Of a stretch of DNA of 64,000 nt, positions 26,703 to 39,094 are shown piece by piece. A program made the position numbers and the translations under genes. Every line of letters begins with the position of its first letter. Position 1 is the first letter of the stretch. Source of the stretch: Neocallimastix sp. 'constans' (Eukaryota); contig JBODTK010000121.1 in NCBI GenBank assembly GCA_050613775.1, positions 434,001 to 498,000 on the forward strand, written 5' to 3'. Under the pieces are notes generated by a model. That model was not told the origin of the DNA, searched no databases, and saw nothing but the letters and a program-made list of their open reading frames with translations.

Positions 26703-27400
26703 TATAAATTAAACACAAAAAAAAAAAAAAATTGATTAATTATTGATCAAACTGAAAATTAGAGTATGGTTAGATAATTATTAATTAAACTGAAATTCAA
26801 AATGAATAATAACAATATTACTATTAAACAAAAAAAAAAAAAGGATGAAGGAAAAGTCAGTTAATTAATAATTAAACTCAAATCAAAACAAAAGTTAGAT
26901 TATTGTTTATTAAGATTAAAATGCCATGACAGTCAGTAAATAATGATTAAACTGAAAATTTATTATTGATTAAACTCGATATATAAATAATTAAATTAAA
27001 AATATGACATAAAAAATATAAGTAATATTATATTTCTGGTATAATCATTCACCACGTGTTAATCAAACAGTATAAATATTTATCAACAATAATAAAAAGT
27101 GTAAACAATTAATTAAATAATTAATTTGCGTAACTTAAATAGAGGGATACTAAAAAATTAAAAAATATAAAGCGTTTACCATATATACTTAAATTTTATC
27201 AAAAAATAAAAATATCATCCAATAGAATTAATCAAATATAAAATCAACTGATATATATTATAGTAAACAATAAGACAATAATAAACCAATATCAATCGAT
27301 ATAAATACTCAAAATAAAATCTAAATTGAAATTTTAATAAAAAATATATATATAATAATAATAAACAAAACTTTAATCATCAAATTAGTTTTACTTTAAA

Positions 27401-30400
27401 ATGGCTAACAGAAGAAACAGACAGACCATCAATATTGACTCAAACCAAATCGTAACACCTTCCATCAATTTCAACTATTCTGAGAACTTCAATAGAGTAG
27501 TTGAATTGACACCTGAAAACTATAATCGATGGAAAACCAAAATGTTATATCTCTTATCAATAAATAATATTGTAAGTTATATCACACAAGAAAAGGTCAA
27601 GAAAATCCGAAAAAAAGATATTAAAGGTGATATCTCAGAATATGTCCAAGATGAATTTGAAGATACAATGTTATACGAAAAAATCACTAGTAACATCGAC
27701 ATTAACAACGATATCACGGCAAAATGGATCATATTGAATAGTCTTGGTGAAAAAACTCAAGACATTGTCCAAGGAGGAAGCAAAACAGCTTTTGAGGTCT
27801 GGAACGTTCTCAAAAGATCATTTACAAAAAATATGAATACAAGGAAAATAGAACTAAGACATAAATTAGAAACCATCAAATACAACGAAGAATCGGATAT
27901 TAATATTTTCGTTGCAGAACTGCAAAATATAATTGATGAACTAGAAAAAATCGATAATGACATGGAACCCTCTACCAAAGTAGGAATTCTGAATAGGGCA
28001 CTACCCGAAAACTTAAGGTTTATAAACGTATTCCAATATAAAGATAACTGGAATAAATGTAGGGATTATGTTACAAATGTAATCCCTGAAATAATTTCAT
28101 TCAATTTAAAAGAATCAAGTAAACTTAACTCCCAGAATAATAATATATTTTTAGCTGAAAGTAAAGAAAATACCAATCGTAAAAAGACAAAAAAGGAAAA
28201 CCCCACAACTAAAAATGGAAGATGTAACTTTTGTGGAAAATGGGGTCACTACTTCAGAGAATGTCGTAAAAGGAAAACCAATAAATCCATTATTAAAAAA
28301 GGAAGAAAGTTTACTAAATACAAAAGAAATAATTTTAAAAGAAAAACCTTTAAAAGTAAAAGATATGCTAATTCATTGGGTAAAAATAACTACAATACAA
28401 CTTTTTCAAATGCATTTACAAAAGATATTAATAACTATGAAAATTTAGACGACAATGCATCAAATTTAAGTTTAAATATTGCAACAATAACTAATAACAA
28501 CACAAATAAATTCAATAAAAAGGATATGATTTGTTGGACCTTAGACTCAGGTGCATCTGTAAATATTACAAATCATCTCAACATATTAAAAAATATTAAG
28601 AAGAATAATGAAAGAATTTACCTTGCGAACAATCAATATATAACAACAAAGTTTATAGGCGATCTTACAGGTTATGTAAATAACCATAAAATTACAATTA
28701 ATAATGTGTATTATTCACCAGAAATCAATAATAATTTAATCTCAATAAGTAACCTTATCAAACAGGGTTTTAAAATAGTATTTAATACCTCAAGTAATAA
28801 ACCATGCGCTATACTATACAATCAAGATAGTCAGCGAATAATAAGTATACCTTCAAACAACTCAAACACATTTAAAATATGGATGTCAACACATCCATTA
28901 AATTTCACAAACAGTAATTATGATACTAATTATTCAAATGAATTAAATTACATACACATGAAATCAATCGATAAAATTAACTTATGGCACAGAAGGTTTG
29001 CGCACTTCAATATAAATGGTATTAAAAACAAGTTGTTAAAAATCAACATTCATACAAAATGCCCACTATGCGCTAACTCAAAGTTAAAAAATAAACCATT
29101 TCAACCATCTGACAACAAATCAAAATTCACCTTTGAATTAATCCATATGGATCTGGTTGGACCAATACCAGATTCAATTTATGGATCAAAATATTTTTTT
29201 ACTATTCTGGATGACTTTTCCAGATATAGTTGGATACTTTTTCTGAAAAATAAAAACGAAACTTTTAATTTATTTTTTAATTGGTTTAATCAAATAAAAA
29301 AAATCAATTTAACCAAAGAATTAAATATATTCGTACCGATAACGGTACTGAATTTAAGAATAACTTGTTCAAACAGTTTTGTTATAATTATGGTATTAAG
29401 CATCAGTTTACTGTACCCTACAACCCCCAACAAAATGGTAGGGCAGAACGACTCAATGGTACCCTTATTAATACAGCTAAAACTATGCTTAATGATGCTA
29501 AACTAAGCTACCAGTTCTGGGAAGACGCTGTTGCTACCGCCAACTATATCCACAACAGGCTTCCTCATAAAGGAATTAATAATAGGATACCTTTTGAAAC
29601 ATTAACAAAACGAAAGGTTTACTACAATAATATCAGAGTCTTCGGTTGCAAGGTATTTTATTTTATACCTAAAACATTTAGATCCAAGTTCCAAAACAAC
29701 GCTTCTCCTGGAATATTTCTTGGATACTCTGAAAATCCAACTGCCTATAAAATACTGGATATAACCAATAATAAAATTATTATTTCCCGCAACGTAGAAT
29801 TTTTTGAATTTTCCCCAGGCAACTCCTCATTATCAAACTGCAAAAGTGATATCACTAATTTTATTCCCAATTATATAATCAGGGAGGACTATGACCATTA
29901 TTTTCAGGAAAATTCTTATAGTACAAACAATGATAATTACAATTATTTCAATAATAATACCAATCAAAACTTATTACCTTCAATAAATTATCCATCTTAT
30001 TATCACAATCATAACACAGAGCACCCACTAAATAACAACAACAAAACTATATATAAAAAACAGCATAACAAACGAAAACATCAAAATACAAATTATACAA
30101 ATGAACAGGTAAGTAACATTAATAATAATTATGAACATAATATTAATAGTGATAAGAATATTAGCAAAGATAATAATAATGAACACAATAAAATAACTGA
30201 AAATAGCAATAAAAACGATCCTAACAATAATAATGATACCACAATAAACACCAACACACATAATAACAAAGATACCAACATTAAAAATAAAAATACTAGA
30301 ATTAATAACCATAACAATATAGAAAATACCAGTTCAACAAATGTGAACAATAATAATTTAAATAACAATTCCAATGATAATCAAATTAATATTAATAATA

Positions 30401-32052
30401 TTACAAATTGTAATCCACATAATAATAAATCAAAAAAAACTATTAAAAGAAAAATAAATGACAACAACATCACCAACAACAAAAATAAGAAACAAAAATT
30501 AATAAAGAATTTACGTGAACCAAATAATTATGATGATATATTCAATTTAATAGACAAAAATGAATAGTTAAATTCAGTAAATGATGAACTAAATAATATG
30601 AAGAAATTAAATGTATACAATTCAATCGACAATATTCCACCGGGTGCTAATTTAATATCATCGAGATGGATATTTACATACAAACAAAACGATAAAGGAG
30701 AAATAATCAAACGTAAATCAAGATTAGTAGCGAAGGGCTATACCCAACAATTCGGTATAGATTACAAGGAAACTTTCTCCCCCACACTTAAACAAGATTC
30801 AATAAGAATTTTCACTTCAATATCTGCACAACACAACTTCAATATCGAACAAATAGATGTGAACGCAGCATATTTAAATGCTGGATTAAAGGAAGACTTA
30901 TATATGAAACCTCCAAAGGGACATGAAGATTATAACAAAAGATATTGGAAATTAAATAAGGCTATCTATGGGTTAAAGCAAAGTGGTGCTCAATGGAACG
31001 ATGAACTCAATAGATACCTCATTAAAATAGGATATAAAAGATTATTCTCTGAACCTTGTTTATACATAAAATGTAACAGAAATGGGAAACTACTATCTAT
31101 ACTCGCCGTATATGTTGACGATATATTAATAGCTGGAACAAATAATATTATTGAGAAAACTAAATATTTAATTAGAAAAAGATTTAAAATTAAAGAAATA
31201 GGTAATGTAGATTATATAATTGGTATAAAATTTGTCAAACATAAAAATGGTTACCTTTTGAATCAATCTAGATACATATATGATTTATTAGCTCGACATG
31301 ACATGATAGATTGTAAACCAATTAGAAATATAACACCAGTAGAAAATAAAAGTCTCCAAGAAATAAGAATTGATGAAACAAAGTATCGAAGTCTGATAGG
31401 AAACTTATTATACCTTGCTATACGCACTAGGCCAGATATAATATATGCAGTATCTAAAGCAGCCAGAAAATCTAAGGAACCAAATTTGGAAGATTGGGAC
31501 AATGTTATTCGGATTCTCAGATATCTAAAAGGTACGATAAATTATGGAATAAATTTCTCAAGAAATCCAGATGTAAAAGCCTTTGTTGATGCAGATTACG
31601 CTGGTGACCTTGAAACAAGAAGATCGACCACAGGTTTCCTGATTACTATAGGTAATACTCCGACTAGTTGGTGTTCAAAATTACAGCATTGTATATCAAC
31701 ATCAACTGCTGAAGCAGAATACTACAGTCTTAGTGAATGTAGTAAACATTGTATATGGTATATGAATTTATTAAATGAATTAAGAATGAACATAAAAAAT
31801 ATTGAAATCTATATTGATAATAAAGCAGCGATATATAATGCTAAGAATCAATCTATAAATCCAAAAACTAAACATATGGATATTAGAGTTCATTATATAC
31901 GGGAACTAGTCAAGGAAAACAAAATTAAATTGAATTACATAAAGTCACAGAATAATCTTGCTGATGGGTTTACAAAATACTTGAACAATTCGTTAATGGA
32001 CAAGTTCCGTAATTCAATATTAACTTCAATTAATAATCTAAAACATTTATAA
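27401..32052 (+). pseudogene. Copia Gag-Pol polyprotein with one frameshift and one nonsense codon
   Basis: CCHC knuckle CNFCGKWGHYFREC, protease WTLDSGAS, LWHRRFAH/CPLC, integrase LIHMDLVGP...LDDFSRYSW...RTDNGTEF...QQNGRAER, RT YVDD, RNase H FVDADYAGD/STAEAEY/DNKAAI/NLADGFTK. Frameshift in the A8 run at ~29296-29303; in-frame TAG at 30565 where a conserved Trp (TGG) is expected. Confidence 0.93.
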
Positions 32053-33306
32053 AATATACAAATATAACTCTTAATGAAAGTTATATTTGAGGAGGAATGT
32101 TAGAAGATAGAAATAGTAATTGAATTAATTATAATTTTTATATAACTTAGCCAATCACATTTACTTTAATATAATCATAAAAATGAATAAAATAAATACT
32201 TTTACATAAATGTTAAGATAGATCCTTTTTATAAGAAATATTCTAATAATTTATGTCATAATAAATTTAATAACAAATGTCCCTTTATAATCTTAACTTA
32301 TGTTTTATTACCATTTTTGTGTTTTAATAAAATAGTTATAAAATTATAATTTTATTTATTTATTTATTTATTTATACATTTACATAATTAATGAATTTTT
32401 TAAATAAAAAGCATATTTAATATAATTTTTTTTTTGTGCATAGGCTATAAAGATTAAATAAAACAAAAAAATAATATAAAATAAAATAAAATAAAATAAA
32501 ATAAAATAAAATAAAATAAAATAAAATAAATCTTAAAATTAAAAATAACTTATGCGTAGTTGCAAAAAGAGTGAATTCAAGAAAAAAAAAAATTTTTTTT
32601 TTCCTATATCCTATATATATTATATAATATATAACATATAATATATATATGTTTAAATGCGTATGATATTATATATATATATAATACATATATAATATAT
32701 TTATTTTTAAATTTTTAATGCGAAAAAGTTATAAAAAATAATGCGTTTGTTGTTTGAAAATTTAAATTATACATATATATTTTTTAATCTATATTTATTA
32801 TAGAAAGGTATTATTTGTTCATTTCTATTATAAATATAAATTTATATTTTATATATTTATCCTGCTAAAAGAATATAGTTTTATAATAATTATTTTTCTT
32901 CTATATAAAATTTATATTTTAAAATATAATAATATTAATGTTGCTTATTTAAAATACAGAGATGATAAAATGATAATCAAAACTGAATAAATAATATAGA
33001 ATTCAGTTAATAGCTATTACCTACATAATGTTGTCCAAACTGACAATAAAGGATATATGAATAAATCTATTCGAAGTTTATATAATATTATATATATATA
33101 TAGCATTGTATAAACTTTTATATAAAAAATAAAAATATTCTATAGATAATTCTAATAGTTTTTTATAAATTTTTTTTTTCCTTATTTTCTTTTTCTTTTT
33201 TTTTTTAATTATTATTACGTTATTTTAAAAATAATAATAATAATAATAATAATTTATTATAATAAAAGAAAATAAGTTTATAAAAATTAAAACTATTTAC
33301 ATTCAC

Positions 33307-33351
<45 letters not shown>

Positions 33352-33371
33352 AACATATTTATAAATTTTAA

Positions 33372-33416
<45 letters not shown>

Positions 33417-33537
33417 CTTAAACAAAAATAGGTACAAATAACAAAAATTAAGTTTTTTTAAAAAAAAAAAAAAGTGTATCATAAAAGATTAATATTATCA
33501 TTATCAAATTATATTTTCCTGAATTTTTTTTTCTTTT

Positions 33538-33784
33538 TTACTTTCGTTCATATTTTGAAATTAAATCATTTAAACTCATATTATTTAAATCCTTCATAAA
33601 ATCATCAAAATAATCATTATTTGTTCCTTCAATAGATAATGTATTTAAATTTCTATTTCTATTTTTATTCTTTAATTCAGAACGTTGAACAGTTAAAGGA
33701 GAATACGCTAGAGTTGATCCAGAAGAAATAGAAGAAGAATTTTTATGCTTTCCTTGCTTTTTCAATGTAGACGATTTATCATAA

Positions 33785-33834
<50 letters not shown>

Positions 33835-36783
33835 CAAATTTCCAACTACAACGCCATTACCATCCTCAACATTCATTTTAAACTTTTGGAAAATCGGTAA
33901 TGGTAGAGGTTTATTAATCGAATACTTTTTTGTAATATAATGATCTCTAGAATAAATTGGTGCCGTTTTATTAGTCGAATTAGTATGAATAGAATAGGAT
34001 GATGTTGTTTCTGAATATTCCGTAATTGAAGAACCATCAGATAAATTCGAACGAGAAGAACGTCTTGAACTTATTTTTTTATGATTATTAGATTTTAAGG
34101 AACTACTACCAACGGTTGATAAACTAGCACTACTTGATGGATTTGATTTAGTTTTATTACTAATTTTAAAATTAGTTTTATTATTCACTCTTGATCTCAT
34201 TGAACCATATTTTTCATATCTTTTACGATAAGCTAATGGAGTTGAGAAAAATGTATCCATTGTAGGATAATCATCTAATGATTTAACATATTCTTTCACA
34301 TGTCTTAAACTTTCTTCACGACTCCTATCTATTCTATTGTAATCATCTAAATCTAAAAATAATTTTGGATTTGAAATTGAACTCTCACTATCACTCTCAT
34401 GATCACATACATTTTCAGGAATACCTATATCATTAATATCAACATCACCCATATTAATACTTGGTGAAATGAAATAAGGAGTACCTTTTGAATTTCTATA
34501 ATTACCAATATCATTGATATCCTTTGGAATATCTGAAATATAACTATGATTAGATGATGATTCGGTAAATGAAGGAGTATCTCTTTTATTTGACATATAT
34601 GGAGTAGAAGTAACATAATTATCAGTGATATTTCTTTCTTTTTTATTCTTAGAAACTGAATATAGTGAAGAGGAGGCTGAAGAAAAAAGAGTATTAGAGG
34701 ATGGATTACTTCTTAATTTATTATTCTGAACCCCTATTTTTGTATTATTAGAAGATAATGATCCTGTTAAACTTTCTTTTGAAGCTTTACCACCAAAACT
34801 AATTGGAATGGAAGCCTTAAGAGGTGCAGAATAATTATTACCTTCTTTTAATTTGATTGATGAAGTAATATTTTCAATCCATGGAAAACGTCTACTATTT
34901 ACATTTGTTGAAGAATCAATAGTAAATTTATTGGAATGAGTAGTTGTAGTAGTCAAGGTATGAGGATTATTCATGTTTAAGGAGAAACTTCCAATAGAAT
35001 GATTGTTATGATTATAAAGATTAGATTTTTTTGTTTTAAGAGCTTGTGAATTATTTACTGAATTTCCAAAGTCTAAAAGGGTAGCCTGAGAAGGTCTTGG
35101 TAATGGCATAAAGAAAATATTTCTAGTAGATGTGGATGGAACTACACTAGTATATGCACTAGAACTTTGCTTTAAATTCACATTCATATCTGTAAAAAAA
35201 TCTCTTTTAATATGTTTATGGGAAAGGGATTCACTTGAAGTCTTTGTTTTAGGGAAATTATCTATAACATCTAAACGTTTATAAGATAATTCATGATCTA
35301 ATGAATTTGCACGACTAATATTTTCATTTGATTTTTTTGTAGAGATGAATTCAATACCAGGTTTTTCTAATGTAGGTGAACTAATTAACGATGACGTAGG
35401 CTCATGAACAAAAACAGCATCAGTACTTTTTATACTTAATTTTTTAGTTAATAAGACATCATTAGAAGTAACAGTCTTATTACTATTATTATTATTATTA
35501 GTAGTAGTAGTAGTAGTAGTAGTATTATCCATAACAAAATTAACCTTTTTTATATTAATAAGATTATCAAAAGCTTCTTCATTTTCATCTTTATTTTTAT
35601 TTTCATTTTCATTAACTTCAACATTAACATCAATATCAATTTTTTCATTCATTTTTTCTTCTGAATGTGAAACTTTTTTAAAAAGAGTTTTAGTTAAATC
35701 ATTATTATGATGATTACATACTTTTTCATCAGTGATACTACTAAATTCTAGGGTTTTAAATTGATTCAAGCTTTCTTTAGAATTTGAATTTTTATTATAA
35801 TTAGAGGAATTATTATTAGCTATATAATCCTTCTTCATATTCTCCATACCTCCCACTATTTTAATACTAACATTATCATTATTACTTTTTTCTTGACTAC
35901 TATAGGTAATATTTGGTGTTGAAAGTAAATAAGATTCACTAGAATTAATATTTTCTTCTTCATTTTCATCTACATGATAATTTTCATTAGCTGAAGAAAT
36001 AATAAATGATAATTTTTTAGTGTGGACATTATCATTTACATTTTTTATAATGAATGATTGATTTCCTTCTTTATCTTCCTTATCTTCTTTTATAATAAAT
36101 GTACCAGTATCCGTACGAGCTGAACTCGAAGAGTGAATATTTAGATTTGATGAACCTTTTCTTTCATTATCAAATTCTTCAATAGCGGAAATTAATTCAT
36201 CCTCATCTATTTCAATTTCATCTTCATTATTATCTTGTACTTCAACAATTACCTTTTCCTCTTCAAGTGGATCTTGTCTAATAGTAAATAATTTATTAAC
36301 TAATTTATTTTTAGTTGTATTAATAATGGTACTACCCGAATTTGATGTCTTATTTACAGTAGAAGTTCCTTTACCATTCATACGATTTGGTATTATTTTT
36401 CCATTAATTATATTACTTCCATTACGACTATTAACATAACGTTCAAAACGTGAACTTTCTGAACGTAAATGACTTAATGCATCTGAGAATTCATTTTCAG
36501 TTTGAGTGTAATTTGATGATGAAACTACTGAAGGAACCACTGATAAAGTTCTCTTTTTTAATCCACCATTTTTTCCATCATCAACATAAAGGAATTGTTC
36601 ATAATGACCTCCATTACCTATTACTGGTCTACCAGTATTAACTTTATATTTCACATTACTATTACCTGTAGGCCCACTAAAAGGAATTTCACTTTTACGA
36701 ATACTTCTACTATCATGAATTACTACACTCTTTCTTTTTTTTGAGCCCTTTAAAAAGCTCAATATTTTCTTAAATTTTGCCAT
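33538..36783 (-). CDS. Hypothetical Ser/Asn-rich, probably intrinsically disordered protein, 1081 aa
   Basis: Uninterrupted 3.2-kb ORF with higher GC than its flanks; poly-N and poly-T tracts; no domain recognised. Confidence 0.8.
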
Positions 36784-36989
36784 CTGTCCTGTAATAAATA
36801 TTAAGGTTCAATGTTATTTTATTCAATATAAATTATGAAATAGTTTTTGTTTTCTGTTTTATAAAATAAATAATATTATTAATATTATTAGTCTGTTATT
36901 TGCATATATATTTAATTAATTATTTTTATTTCTTCTAAAATAATAATTTTATTTTGTATGACTTAAATTTTGGGCAAAAATATTTTTTC

Positions 36990-37020
<31 letters not shown>

Positions 37021-37572
37021 TTTACTAAGATAATTATAATTTTAATTTTTATATGTAATTTTGTAATTTATAAATGATATTTTTTTTTATATTATTTGTT
37101 TCATGAATTTAATATAAATTGTTTTTGTTTTTACTAAATAAAATTTGTTATTTTTAAAGTTTTTTTTATTTTTTAATAATTATGACGTTTGTAATTGCGA
37201 GATATAAATTTTGGTTTTACAAAAATGCGCATGCTTTAAAGAATTTTGATTATTTTATTTAATTTTTTAATTTAATACACATAATTTAATCAATAAAAAA
37301 AAAAAATAAAAAAAAAAAATATTTATATAATAAATCAAAAAGTATATGTATATACATTAAATATTTCTTTTTTTTTTTTAATTTAATTTTAATTTTTTGT
37401 TTTTTTGTTTTTTTGTTTTTTTTTTTTTTTATTTATTTTTTTATTGATAAATTACATTTATAAATTAATATTTGCAGTTAAAGATACTGTTTAAATTATT
37501 TATTAAATATATATATATTATAATTATATTTGTGTAGATTTGACAGGTATATTTGAAATAATAAATACTTTT

Positions 37573-37668
37573 ATATTCTAATTTTTAAAATATAATATTA
37601 AAATCTAACTAAACAATACTATATTCTAATTTTTAAAATATAATATTAAAATCTAACTAAACAATACT
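37573..37668. repeat. 48-bp perfect tandem duplication
   Basis: ATATTCTAATTTTTAAAATATAATATTAAAATCTAACTAAACAATACT occurs twice (37573-37620, 37621-37668). Confidence 0.9.
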
Positions 37669-38802
37669 ATATCAAATCTTTTTTTCTATATTACACTATA
37701 TAATATTAATGATCAATAATTATGAAATAAGTATGAAACATAAAAAGGGAATAAATATTATAACAAGAGTTGAATATATCTCTTATTATACTAAATATTT
37801 TATTCCTTTTTTAATTATTTTTATAATTTTATATTATTTTATTTTTTTTTTAGTGCAAAAAAAAAAAAAAAATTTAAAAATTATTATCTTTTGATATTTA
37901 TATAAAAATCAATTCCAATATATTATCAATTAATTGAAATATATGAGAATTTATTTAAATAATTAATTTATTGATTTTTTATTGGTTATAAAATAAAAAT
38001 AAATTAAAAATTTAAAAAAAAATTATCATTTATTATTATTATTTCCTATTACTTATTATTTAATTATTATTATTTATTATTAATTATATATTATGTTTTA
38101 TTCTATTCTTTATATTATTCTTATTTATATTACTAATTATTTTTTATCATATAAATTTTTATTTTATTTTTTTTTATAGTTTTATTAGTTATATTGACTT
38201 GTATATTATTATTAGTTTTTGTTAATACTTATTGTATATTATTGTTAATACTAATCATAATATAATCATATATTTCTTGTTTATCCCAAAGTAATATTAT
38301 TATTATATCAAATTACATATATTAGATTATATTTTTTTGATTGTTTAATATATTCATATTCAGTAATAAATCAACATTAATAATCTAATTATTCATTTAA
38401 TTCTCTTGTCCTACTCTAGGAATATATATATAAATAAATAAATAAATATTTATAAGATTAGGTTTATTGATTTAAACTTATTCTTAATATATTATAATGT
38501 ATATTCTATCTATTATATAGTTATTTAATTCCACATAAAATAATATAAATGAAAATAATTGAGTAGAGAAACCAACCATTAATGAGACTAATAAACTTTA
38601 TTTAATATAATTTGCATAATTCAAATATATTGAAGTATATTAAATTTTAATTAAAAATTATATGGCTAAGGTTTAAAAAAAAATATTTTTTTCATCAACC
38701 AAAATTTATTATCAGTTAATGTTTAAAAAAAAAATATTAAATTAAAAATATTATTTAATGAAATTATTAATATTGAAATGGTTAGATATTCGATAATTTT
38801 TA

Positions 38803-39094
38803 GGGGATGATGCATTTCGCAATGTGGCTTATAATAAATTTAAAATAAAGCCATTCATTTTTAAGATACAATCATAAATAAATATATATATAATAATACA
38901 TTTTTCAATTAAATATTAAAAATAGAAATAGAAAATTATTTTTTTTACAAAAAACTATTTTTACAATTGAGTTTTAATAAATTATATATAAAAAAAAAAT
39001 ATTATTTATTTAATTATTTTTTATTTAATTATTTTTTATTTAATTATTTATTTAATTATTAAAAGCACGCCACATTGTGAAATGCACTAGATTC
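38803..39094. mobile_element. MULE-family MITE (~290 bp)
   Basis: TIR cores TGCATTTCGCAATGTGGC (38811-38828) and GCCACATTGTGAAATGCA (39069-39086) match 17/18 as inverted repeats and resemble the MULE TIRs at 2058/4066. Imperfect flanking duplication (AATTTTTA / AATTTATTA); non-coding interior. Confidence 0.78.

Larger units (their letters stand above)
25951..32329 (+). mobile_element. Full-length, recently inserted Ty1/copia LTR retrotransposon
   Basis: 232-bp LTRs at 25951-26182 and 32098-32329 (one visible mismatch) with 5-bp TSD AAATA (25946-25950, 32330-32334). PBS at 26183, PPT GAGGAGGAA before the 3' LTR, and gag-PR-IN-RT-RH domain order. Confidence 0.97.

Noticed and set aside
29290..29310. 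Programmed -1 frameshift at the in-phase A-AAA-AAA heptamer
   Set aside because: It falls in the middle of the integrase core rather than at a gag/pol boundary; a homopolymer indel or sequencing error is more likely.
30565..30567. Programmed stop-codon readthrough before RT
   Set aside because: The TAG sits where a conserved Trp (TGG) is expected, so a point mutation is the simpler explanation.
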